Assembly: GCA_051294375.1 (NCBI GenBank)
Contig: CM119266.1
Location: forward strand, 24,940,659-25,004,658
Source of the DNA: Paraspadella gotoi
Taxonomy: Eukaryota; Animalia; Chaetognatha
Direction of reading: 5' to 3'
DNA: 64,000 nt
Positions within the stretch are counted from its first letter, which is position 1; each line of letters starts with the position of its first letter. The position numbers were made by a program, and so were the translations under genes. Below the pieces are notes generated by a model that did not search any database, had not been told where the DNA came from, and saw nothing but the letters and a program-made list of their open reading frames with translations. Positions 41,674 to 64,000 of the stretch are shown here, in pieces.

Positions 41674-44651
41674 TAGATAGATAGATAGATAGATCGAAAG
41701 TACAGTCAGAATAAACTATTTTAAATTTGAAAGCGAGACCATCCTAGGGTAATATCGTCAGTGACCAGAGGCGTCACTGAGGGTCAGAAGCCCCCAAAGC
41801 CAACAGTGACATGTCCCATCCAAATGGGCATCACAGGCAACCCGGATATTCCCATAATATATCGTTTTTCATCATATAGAAAAGCTGCAAAAACACACAC
41901 TCACACAAAAAGAAAAACAACTATTTGTCTCGATACCTCATAGCTTCTCTATCATTTTTATCACAACTCATATCATTCCTATCAGTTTCGTGGACGAACA
42001 CGTGTCGAAGTTCGAAAGGAACAAAAATGATCCGAATGTTGATTCGAAGGAAGAAGCGGAGACTTTTATCGGGAAACTCTTGACGAAACGAGGAATGGAT
42101 CGAAAAAGGGTGAGGAGATTGTGGGCGTGGTGGGCTGAGATTGTGGGCGTGGCGGGCTAAGGAGATTGTGGGCGTGACAGGATGTGGAGATTGTGGGCGT
42201 GGGGGTCTCATAAGATGGTGGGCGTGGCGGGCTGATAATATTGTGGGTCTGGCGGGCTAAAAGACTGTGGGCGTGGCGGTCTAATAAGATGGTGGGCGTG
42301 GCTGAGGAGATTGGAGGAAACTAACCGCTAGGAATCCAATGGGGTTTTTGGGGTACCCTTCGGGGCTCCAGTGACCGCTGTGGCCGATGGAGCTATTTAA
42401 TTCAGCACACCGCAAAGCTTTAGTAATTTTTTTTCCCCCGAGGAATGAAAAGGAAAAGTGTTTCATTTTGTTGACGTTAAGATAAATTGTTTTCTTTTTT
42501 TTTCTTTTTCAGACGATCGAAACTGTGGTGGATCTCTACACCGGCGCCGTGGAGACAACCTCCAATACCGTGGGTTGGATCCTCTATCTCCTCGCAGAAA
42601 ATCCTGAATCACAGACGAAGGCGCACGAGGAGGTCGTCAGGATATTGGAGAAGCACTCGGGAAAGATCACCGTCAAAGCGTTGGGTAAAGGGGGGTTTGT
42701 CGGTGGTGATGTTGTTGTTGTTGTTGTTGTTTTCGTCGTTACATCGTCATAATGTTGATTAGTTTGTTAAAGTTGATTATGAAGACGATGATAATGATAA
42801 TAATAACATTAACGAAATGTCTTAACCCTTTCCGTCCTCTCCTTGTCGCCAGGCGAGATGGACTACTTGAAGGCCGTGTTGAGGGAGACCTTCCGTCTCT
42901 ACCCCATCACTTACTCGACGAGTCGCCTGATCGCCGAACCCACTATTATCGGCGGCTACCAGCTACCGGCCGGAACGCACTGTCAGGTTCGCCAGAAACG
43001 AAACAAATTGTTTTCTATTCTTGAATATTTGATATTGATATTATTAGTATTACGGTACGTCGTCCCTGTTTCCGTCTATTTCCTCGCCGATGATGATGAT
43101 GATGATGATGATGATGATAATGAATCCATGTTGTTCCGTTTCTCAGGCGTCTTTGTATACGATGGGAAGAAATACTAATTTGTTTGTCGATCCCCTTGAA
43201 TTCAGGTTGGTGAATGGTGATTCGATAGTCTGTTAGGTTGGTTTAGGTGGCTCATTCTAAAACCGTTACAAGAGTTAAATTGTAATTAAATAATTAATCT
43301 TTATCCCTTAAAATCAAACGATTTTAGCTTTAATCTAGCTTTACAAATCGAAGCGTAATTTAAATTAACGAGCCGTATGTGGATAAGGCGCTACGTGGGC
43401 TGAAGATGACTGTCCGTAACTTCTATAACCCCCTCTACCAGGCTTGAGGGTTTGCCATGCCCCCAAGGCGGCTTACGGCCGTCCTCACGCTTCTCGCAGG
43501 GTAGGTACCGGGTTGGATTTGAACCCGGTACCTAGTGGTCATGAGCTGATGGCTTTACTCAATGAGCCACCGGGTCACAACTGAAAGTGTCATGATTCTA
43601 GGCGGGGTGAACCTTGGCAATGCCCGACTACATGCACCCAAGATTGTAACCCACCCTGCACTGCTTACAGTGGAGGGAGGGGAGCAATCTTCAGCTAGAC
43701 CAAGGGCCTGGAATCAGAAGGTTGGAATACGCTCGACAGGATGGGCTCACCAGTGTGGATAAGGCGCTACGTGGGCTTAAGATGACTGTCCGTAACTTCT
43801 ATAACCCCCTCTAGCAGCCATGGAACGGGTCCCTGGGCTTGGAACCAGGCTTGAGGGTTTGCCATGCCCCCAAGGCGGCTTACGGCCATCCTCACGCTTC
43901 CCGCAGGGTAGGTACCGGGTTGGGATTGAACCCGGTACCTAGTGGTCATGAGCTGATGGCTTTACTCAATGAGCCACCGGGTCACAACTGAAAGTGTCAT
44001 GATTCTAGGCGGGGTGAACCTAGGCAATGCCCGACTACACGTATCATTTTATATTTGATATACATGCTATATTTCGATGTCCGCTCGACAAGTCATTAAA
44101 CTATAGACGGGATATATTAACTTTTTTACTAATTATTTGTACTATTTTTTTGATTAATTGTACTTCATTCCGGCAATTTTGTACGAGAAAGTATTTTTTT
44201 AATTTTCAGGCCAGAGAGATGGACGAGAGGTGAAGATGCGTTGGACCCGACAACGAAAGCCTTCGCTTCTTTGCCCTTTGGTCACGGTAAACTTTCTCAA
44301 TCCACATCCTTTTGCAATTTACTTTCCAATTATTGAGTCGCTGGGTCTTTGAACTTTCCTTTTGGATTGGGTACTGGGTAAGGTCCCCGGATGTGCATCG
44401 GTCGTCGCATCGCCGAGCAAGAGATCTACATTGTCCTTGCAAGAATCCTCGAGTCATTCGAAGTGAGTCCATGGAAAAAATTGTATGTATAAAATGCATA
44501 TAGTATATAGTATATAGACTATCTGTAAGTCTTTGGTCACTGTTTTAACCTTCAGGTGAGTTACGCTGGCACGTCCCCGCCGGAAGGGATCCTGAAACTG
44601 GTCATGGTGCCAAAGGAACCCATGGCGCTTAGATTTCACCGGAGATTCTAA
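39570..44651 (+). CDS. Mitochondrial-clan cytochrome P450, ~12 exons
   Basis: Arg/Ser/Ala-rich N-terminus with no TM anchor, then MPGP, EYGPVF, GLVNSNGEEWFEVR (WxxxR), I-helix GAVETTSNT, LKAVLRETFRLYP (ExxR), FRPERW and heme motif PFGHGPRMCIGRRIAEQE (GRR typical of the mitochondrial clan). Stop at 44651. Confidence 0.93.
40173..40431. mobile_element. Solo-LTR-like element containing a tRNA-like A/B-box segment
   Basis: Ends TATGGCA...TGCCACA, 4-bp TSD TCCT, inserted into a copy of the SINE-like repeat. The minus strand has TGGCCTGAGCAGG...GGGTTCAATCCC. A diverged fragment lies at ~41760-41856. Confidence 0.7.
42114..42304. repeat. G-rich ~20-bp minisatellite (GAGATTGTGGGCGTGGCGGGCT) in a CYP intron
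   Basis: About nine degenerate tandem copies. Confidence 0.9.
43378..44039 (-). mobile_element. Young TRIM-like miniature LTR element with tRNA-derived segments in both LTRs
   Basis: Near-identical LTRs 43378-43632 and 43754-44039 (TG...CA; ~30-bp indel), ~120-bp interior, 4-bp TSD CGTA, and a PBS-like TGGTGAGCCC right after the minus-strand 5' LTR. Confidence 0.88.
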
Positions 44652-45135
44652 AACCAACGAAAAATGTGTAATTGCTTCTGTCATACTAATTTAGAATAAA
44701 ACATATCTATATATTTCGGTGTTCGTATCAGAAAAAAATTATTGGTAGCCTGGATCAAAATTGCCTAGAAATTTCTAGTCAGAGCGCAAGAACTAAGTTT
44801 TGCTTTCAAATTTTTGTTGAAGTCAATTTTTAAAGCAGATCAGACAACCGTCTTTTTTTTCCAGAATCATATTTGCGCAATGCGCATATGTACGTTGATC
44901 GGATATTCATATTGCATATTGAGTATTCGAAGGTGTTTTTTTTTATCAACAATCTTCGGAATGCCTTTTTGCGTTATTAATTAAATTAAATTAAACATGT
45001 TTTCTTTTATCATTTACTATCTTTTCATCGAGTTTGATAAAATCTTTCCTTCTCTCGAAGTATCGCGAGTCAAGTTAATTTCAAATCTGCTCGACCGAGT
45101 TTCGTGTCAAAACAAAAGGCAAACACACCACGATC

Positions 45136-48483
<3,348 letters not shown>

Positions 48484-49189
48484 ATGGATGAATGAGTCAC
48501 GACAGGAATGAATAAATTTGATAGAATGAATGATAGTAAAAAAATGCGCGAATTAACGCGCGTATGAATGAATGTTAAAATCTATCAAAATAGTATGCAT
48601 GAATAAATGAATGAAAATTTATTGAATGAAAGAAAATATGAATAAAATTGTAAATTAAACATTGTTTATTCAGTGAGCTTTTTGCCATTCATCTTTTTAC
48701 ATCGTAAATACCTAAATTCTTCTTCTTACTAATTGATAATGTACTCGGACAAGCATGCCGCAATCGAACTGCTTATACTTTCATGCCCAATAATTCTCGT
48801 TCTAGTTTCTGTTGTAATTTACACTTTCAAGCTTTAAATCTGTGATTGATTACTTATTTTATTTGATTCGACAGTTTTATTTTATGAACGCCATTGCTGT
48901 AAAATTGTTCTGATTTTCTTGATGTCACGCAGTAAAAACTTTCGGTTATAAAAAAAAAACCTGTTTATTTACAAAATTTACAAAAGAAAATACTAACGCA
49001 GGAAAACAATTAATTGGTATCTTAGTACAATTTTCTCGGCGTAATTACAAAAATACAAGAATGAAGAAAAACTCTTTGAATGTTAAGAGATTGAAGGAAC
49101 AAAAAAAGCCCTTGTCCGGTCAGTTGTAACATATACACAAAGATTTCTTATCGATAATACGTTGGAATTTAATCGTGGGGAAAACTCCT

Positions 49190-57849
<8,660 letters not shown>

Positions 57850-59086
57850 GTTGTCGTCCGAGGCTTTGCCTAGTTAAATTGATTATTTTTATATTTTTCA
57901 CATTTTTAATTTAAAAAGTTTTCTAATGGCTTATAGAGAATTACGGAGGAAAGCAATGTTTACTTCCTAATATTTTTAAGTAAGAAGTAAGTCACGGACC
58001 CTTGACATTGAGATCATAGTTCTTTAAGTAATGAATGTTTATTAAACAAAAAACAACTTTAATCTTAAACTCCAAAAGGCGTGGCTCAACCACTGTCGCA
58101 GGGAACTTACCTATTTGTATATTTGTTAAAATTTCAGTTTTATAGCTTTTAAATCCTCGTTTTTATAAATTTAATTCCAATTTTTTTAGTTTTAAGCCGC
58201 CATATTAAAAGCAGCTAATTAATCAAGGTCAATATAGATTTTATTATGTTCGTAAGTTTTAAAACAAAAAGCGTCCATCTTAGTTTTGGCGGTGGTCTCC
58301 TGCCGTCACGTGACTCTCTCTTAGCCTTCCGATTGGCACATACCTACACTTACCTGCGACCTCACCTTCCTTTTGCGCTGAGAACGATTGGCCGGCGGCT
58401 GCCGCTGCTTCGACGGCCGCGGAGACGGAAAAGCTGGATGACGAATGAAAAAACAAAACAGGTCGAACCGGTTTTCTGAGATCCGTTGGAGAGAGAAAAG
58501 AGAAGGGGAGAAAACGGGAGATAAAATTGAGAAAAAGAACGGAGATGGGTAGCGTTAATTACGTAAATGTTGTAGTCTTTGTTAAATCCGGAGCAATATT
58601 TATTATACAGTATACCCTTTACAATTGTGGTTCATTGTACAGTATGCAATTTATTATTTAAAATTTAAAATCTGAATTAAACCGATCTAATATCAAAAAT
58701 CTGAACAGTATTGTGAAAAAAATTAGTGCTTGCGGCTCAAGCCTAGTAATAGTATATAAAACTAACTAATTCTGAGGGCCCTCCGCCTGAGGCGAATGAA
58801 ACCCCCTCTCTCGCCCCTCCTGACTTTAGGGAAGACTTTCTACATAGAATCGAGCGTATTAAACACTAAAGTCTTATGAAACGGACTAAACATGATGTTT
58901 GGCTAAAACCTTACCTCCTCTTCTTTTTATTATCGATATATGCGTCAAAATTATAAAATAAAGGATTTACAATAAAGGAGCACCAGAGAGAGATATCCTT
59001 TGTTAGCCGTTGCTAAGAAAATAAGGACCTTATTCAGGTAGAACCGATCATTGCTTCTTACTTAAAAAAAAAAAAAAAAATCAATC

Positions 59087-60621
59087 ATGGCAATTTCAAA
59101 CGTACATTTTGTAATCTTCCTTTCTTGCTTTGGATTGATGTATGAAACGGGTAAAATAAATTCTTACCATTGTAAAACTGAACTTTCTTCTAGGAAGTGA
59201 GGAAAATTAATATGGTAATAATGTCTTTTTGTGCAGAGGGGCTTCTCTGGAGAAGCGACTGGATGTGCGGGCCAAAATATTTAAAATAATAATAATATAA
59301 TAATAATATAATAATATAATAATAATAATAATATATGAATGGATAATTTTTATATTGGTTGTACCAATTTCATATTTAAATTAATATGGTAATAATGTCT
59401 TTTTGTGCAGAGGGGCTTCTCTGGAGAAGCGACTGGATGTGCGGGCCAAAATATTTAAACACCGAGTCTCCGCCGACGGTGAGATTAAAATTTGCTGACA
59501 ATGATTTTATTACAATTTAAATAATATAACAATTAAAAAGAAAGAAATAAACGGAAAATAATGAATAAAAATATAAAATAAATATTTTTTTAGTTTATCA
59601 ATTAATTGGTAACGGGTGACTCATGAAGAATAATTTTAATAAGCAAACAATGAGACTTTTTGATTCATCATGACGTGAATTAAATTTTAATTTAAAAAGA
59701 GGAAAGATCGTTTTATAATTAATTTCGCCACAAGATCAAATTTTTTTTACAATCGTGACACAAAACAGAATTAAAGATTAAGCAAACGGGGGGAAAGTTA
59801 AAGAATCAAGGTTTGTTATTTCGTAACAATAACGATGTCTTGACTAATCAAAGGTTGTACATTGTATAATGATATTGTATATTGTATAATGATTAAACAG
59901 ATTTCGCAATGCAACCCGACCAGTTGGTATCCTTGTTGTGACGGAATCGGCATCGAGGGAGAATGCTGGGGGAATTATGCCTGGAATTGCGATTGTGCCG
60001 AATGCCAAGATTACAGCTCAAGTAAAATCTTTCCTTAAAAAAACATTTTCTTCCTTTTATTAAGAAAGGCACCTTAACAAATCCATTCATTAAACAGTAT
60101 AAAATAAATTCTTTATAATGTTTCCCCTCTCCCTTTCGCTTTTTTTTTCTCCTAGTTAACCGATGACTAATAATATAAACATTAAATTTTTTTTTCTAGC
60201 TAAAATTGACGAAACGTGGTGCGAAAGATCCAAAAGACTTAATGAAAAATATCCGAACGGATACTATAAAAATTCCCTGCTGGATGGCAGAGAGCCAGTG
60301 AGTAGAGCTCTAAGAGCCTAAAGGTCTCTTTGGTACATTAAAATTTAAAAGTGAAAAACGTGGGGAGGTGGAGAAGCCATGTCGATTTTTGGTAAAAGAC
60401 CGAAGCATACAGCAATATTTCCCCTTGCCTTAGAAGTAATGTTATCCTGCGTTAATTTTAAAAAAAAAAGTTTTTTCTGATTCTTAGGATTGCGATGACG
60501 ATGGACAATTTGAGCCCAAATATTGCAATTCAACTCACTGCGTGTGCGTCGACGTTTACGGATTCATGAACGATACGACAGCAACTGACGTGAATCAAGA
60601 TATCTCATGTCCATCAGGTTT

Positions 60622-60674
<53 letters not shown>

Positions 60675-63600
60675 TTCGAACGTTCCAAAGAATAATTCTG
60701 AATAAAAACGATTTGATGTAAGTATAGCGCTTCGTCTAAATTCTTTTTGGGTTAATTTTCTTTTAATCTTTCTTCTAATACCATGATGTAAAATAAAATT
60801 GTCACGTTTACTTTCCAGATATTTTTTGGTATAAATAAATATAAATAAATAGTACGGTATAAATAAAATATTTTGATGATTTTTAATTATTTTAATATTT
60901 AAATTTCACTTTTCTCTTTTTTTTCACTTTTTAATTTTCACTTTTCACCATTCTCTTTTCTATTTTCACTTTTCACTTTTCACTTTTCACTTTTCACTAT
61001 TCACTATTCACTATTCACTATTCACTTTTCACTTTTCACTTTTCAATTTTCGAAAAATAAATTTAGTTGTACATAAAACTGTTTTTTGTTTAGATTTTAC
61101 TTCATGTACGCCATTAAAAGGATATTCGTTCGCATGGTGCATTAAGTTTGGATTCAAACTTGATAGTGAAGGTTGTCCTACAGATACGTGTGTCGATCCC
61201 TGCGAGGTAACTAAATAAAAAACATATAAAAATATAATTTGGTCGGTCGTATTTATCTAAGACTAGACGGTATTTTACTTAAAACCAAAACATCTATCTC
61301 ACTCCAGACGATATTTACTCGCTCGTTTTTTTGCACGAAGTCTATCATAATTCTGGGTTTTTTTTCGGTGCGGAACCGCGAAGAACAAAAAAATAATTAC
61401 GTACAAATCACTACTTTTAGGACGTGTCTTGTGGAGAATATCTTAAATGCGACGCAGATCCGTATAACAACTGTTCGACACCATGTTCTACGCCAAATCC
61501 AACTTGTGTTTTTGAAGTAATATTATCCTTTTGTCATTTTTTTATTGTTTATTGTATTATTTAAAACTTCCTATTAAGTCATAAATAGGCGATTTTATTA
61601 CAAGGTTGATTCAGTACAATCATCATCAACAAACAAACATAGACTAAGTCTGCGCAAACAAAAAACATAATAAAATAGAGAGAGAAAAAAAAACAAAAAC
61701 AAAAACAGTTAATTAAATAAAATTAATTAATTAATTCTTATGTTGTAAAAAACGGAACAAGTTTCTGAAGAACAGTATTTTTCATTGTGTAGATCTTTGA
61801 GATAAAGGTTTTCTTATGATTATTAAAAATTGTAGATAGGTCGTGGTATCCAAACATACTTAAAAATGTAATTTAAAAATGTAATTTAGACCTTATACTT
61901 AATAGATTATTAAATTACATCGGTCGTATTTTGCAGAAAGAAAATTTTTGTAAAACCGCTGATGGATACGTGCAACCATTGATGATTGATTCCGAGACAG
62001 TGCGAACCTGCGACGCTTACTCGCTAACTGGTTGTCCGGCTGGATATAAATGTCAAATGATAGCAATGCAGCCAAATGATGCAAGGGTTGGTTTTTGCTG
62101 TCCCGTTTTTGGTAAGGATGAATAGAGATTTTATATTTTATTATAAGGTTTTGTATAATAAATCATGATAACATGATGCAGGGTTTTGCTACATGGTGAC
62201 CCAGGACAACCCGCCGCTAGAAAAAAATCGCCATTTGCAAACCTGTAAAGATTATTTTAATCTGAAACATTTTTTGTAGTAAAAACCAAAATCATTTATA
62301 TATTCAAATTTCATATTGATAGGTTATGATTTGACTTGGCAATGAGCGGGAAAAAGTTGTTTTAAAAATCGTCTTTCATTTTAAAACTCAAATATTTTTT
62401 TTTCAATCTTTTGGTCTAACTTTCAGAACTTTTTTTAAAAAACTTTTACATAAAAAGGTATCAATATTAATATCTTCAGAAAGCTCGTAAATTAGGAAAA
62501 AATGGTATATTTTAGAATATTATAACATAAAAACAAGCTTAACCAGCTTTATTTTAATCAAGGTATTCAAAATTAAAAAAATAAAATCCTAAAATATATT
62601 TTTTTAAATATCTGACCTATTTTATTATAATGATATAGTATTATAAAAAAGCTTGAGAAAAATTTTAATTAAAATGGCTAATAATAATTTAATAATTATT
62701 CCAAAACTGCTTTCAGGAATTTTTTAATTTAATAATTATCTTAGTTTTGATTACCTTTATATATTTATAGCTGGATAGGCTAATATTGCTATTACAGTAT
62801 TTTTAATTATGCCAATCTTTTCATATTTTTAAGTGCTTTCAGAAAATATTAATATTGATACCTTTTTATATATATTTAAAAAAATTATAGAAAGTTAGAA
62901 AAACAGATTGAAGAAAAAAAATTAAGTTTTGCCAAGTCAAATCAAAACCAATCAATATAAAATTTTAGTTTTTACTACAGAAAAAAAAATCTATATTAAA
63001 AATATTTTCACAAGTTTTCAAATGACGTTTTTTTTCTAGCGGCGAGTTGTCGAGTGTCACCTTGTATGTTACGTATTATCTTGTAACAGGGATGGAGGCC
63101 ATAACCCACCATCGCCTGTCCAATGTTAGGGGCAATGAACAGACGCATAATTTATTTAATTCAATTTTATTTTTATATTTCTAAGATTTTCACATTTTCA
63201 TTAAAATTTTCAAATAAAACTCTAGTATTGATACGCTTTATATTTCTTTGAAGACTGCAAATCCTACTATTATGGTTTCACTTACCGTGGAACTCGAGCA
63301 AAAACGTCGGAGGGTTATACTTGCCAAGCGTGGAATACGTTTACGCCTCAACGACATTCATACACGTCGGATGACGATTTTTTTGGGTACAAGCAAACTC
63401 ATGTTTAGATACGAGGCAACAAACTTTTTGCTTTGATTCGCAAGTTTACTAAGTATAACAAAGTATTTTAATTATAATCTCAAGTTTTAAAAACGCGAAA
63501 ATATCAAGTATCAAATAAACGGACCACTTGTTTTATTAATTGAAGCTGATATTGTTTTCTTATTTCTAACTAAGTGGCGTAGACGTTTCATCTAACTACT

Positions 63601-63726
63601 GTCGGAATCCTGGCTGGGAATACACTCTTCCTTGGTGTTATTCTACCTATCTGCCTGAAGGGGAAACAAACCGAAAAAAAACTTGTGACGTCCCAGCTTG
63701 CAATTACAATTGGCACGATTTTATAG
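59087..63726 (+). CDS. Secreted mosaic cysteine-rich protein (signal, hevein/CBM18-like, thyroglobulin-1, antistasin-like, Cys-rich, lustrin-like, kringle); 3'-incomplete
   Basis: Exons 59087-59150 (signal MAISNVHFVIFLSCFGLMYET); 59411-59478 + 59901-60021 (WRSDWMCG...QCNP..WYPCC....GECWG...NCDCAECQDY); 60200-60297 + 60488-60617 (PDCDDDGQFEPKYC..THCVCVDVYG); 61094-61206 (GFKLDSEGCP..TC.DPC); 61421-61516; 61937-62111 (CPAGYKC...GFCCP); 63254-63386 + 63575-63726 (YRGT..KT..G.TCQAW...NYCRNP...PWCY). Splice phases are consistent. Confidence 0.82.
62192..63064. mobile_element. Tc1/mariner-like foldback MITE
   Basis: TA|CATGGTGAC..ACAACCCGCCGCTAGAAAAAAA ... TTTTTCTAGCGGCGAGTTGT..GTCACCTTG|TA; related to 18626-19375. 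Confidence 0.75.
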
Positions 63727-64000
63727 GTAGGATATCACAGATTTTATGTATTAATTCTGCTCTCTCCCGGTAGCTAACTTTTCCTGTCAGGAAAGACGAT
63801 TGTATTTTAATAACATTCTCTATTTTCAGCAGTCAGGGCCGTTGCCAGGCCAAGGGAAAAAAAAGATTTTGGCAGAGTTTCGCTATGATCTTAGGCCCGC
63901 TGGTGTTGCTGGAGCGCAGTTGTTCTTCTTTCTTCTTGGGAGGCCGTTGAACTGCCCCCAGAAACCTTGTTAAACTTCTTTTTTTATAGAAAAACCTTCT

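Noticed and set aside
42114-42304. CRISPR-like array
   Set aside because: Tandem minisatellite without unique spacers, in a eukaryotic intron with no cas genes.
43505-43576. Functional tRNA-Met(CAT) on the minus strand
   Set aside because: The acceptor, anticodon and T stems are mismatched; treated as a tRNA-derived LTR segment.
43378-44039. Retrozyme (hammerhead in the LTR element); CTGAAGA/CTGATG motifs occur on both strands
   Set aside because: No stem II followed by GAAA and NUH can be built, and the LTR2 copy reads CTTAAGA.

Overview
Intron-rich animal (invertebrate) genomic DNA from a draft assembly: AT-rich introns, GC-rich exons, many microsatellites and five N-gaps. I assembled the genes by hand from GT-AG exons, because the six-frame track only shows exon fragments. 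In order: (1) the 3' part of a + strand gene of symmetric phase-1 Ser/Ala/Thr-rich stalk exons ending in an H-type-lectin-like exon, with an orphan phase-1 pentraxin module further downstream inside an SLCO intron; (2) two tandem minus-strand SLCO/OATP paralogues (9116-16305, 17808-34083) whose intron positions differ markedly; (3) in an SLCO intron, a ~3.5-kb-arm inverted duplication (possibly an artefact) holding a C-type lectin gene with two alternative last exons; (4) a 3beta-HSD with an apparent mitochondrial presequence, head-to-head with a mitochondrial-clan P450; (5) a lebercilin-like gene with two lebercilin repeats; (6) an open Na+/K+-ATPase-alpha-like gene in which most catalytic motifs are substituted, with tRNA-Gly and tRNA pseudogenes in its introns; (7) the 5' part of a secreted mosaic cysteine-rich protein. 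Mobile DNA includes miniature LTR elements (two carrying tRNA-like Pol III boxes), a Penelope-type minimal hammerhead ribozyme and several MITEs. The best leads are the swappable-head lectin genes, the putative pseudo-pump and a possible steroid-handling cluster. All domain calls rest on motif recognition, not database searches.
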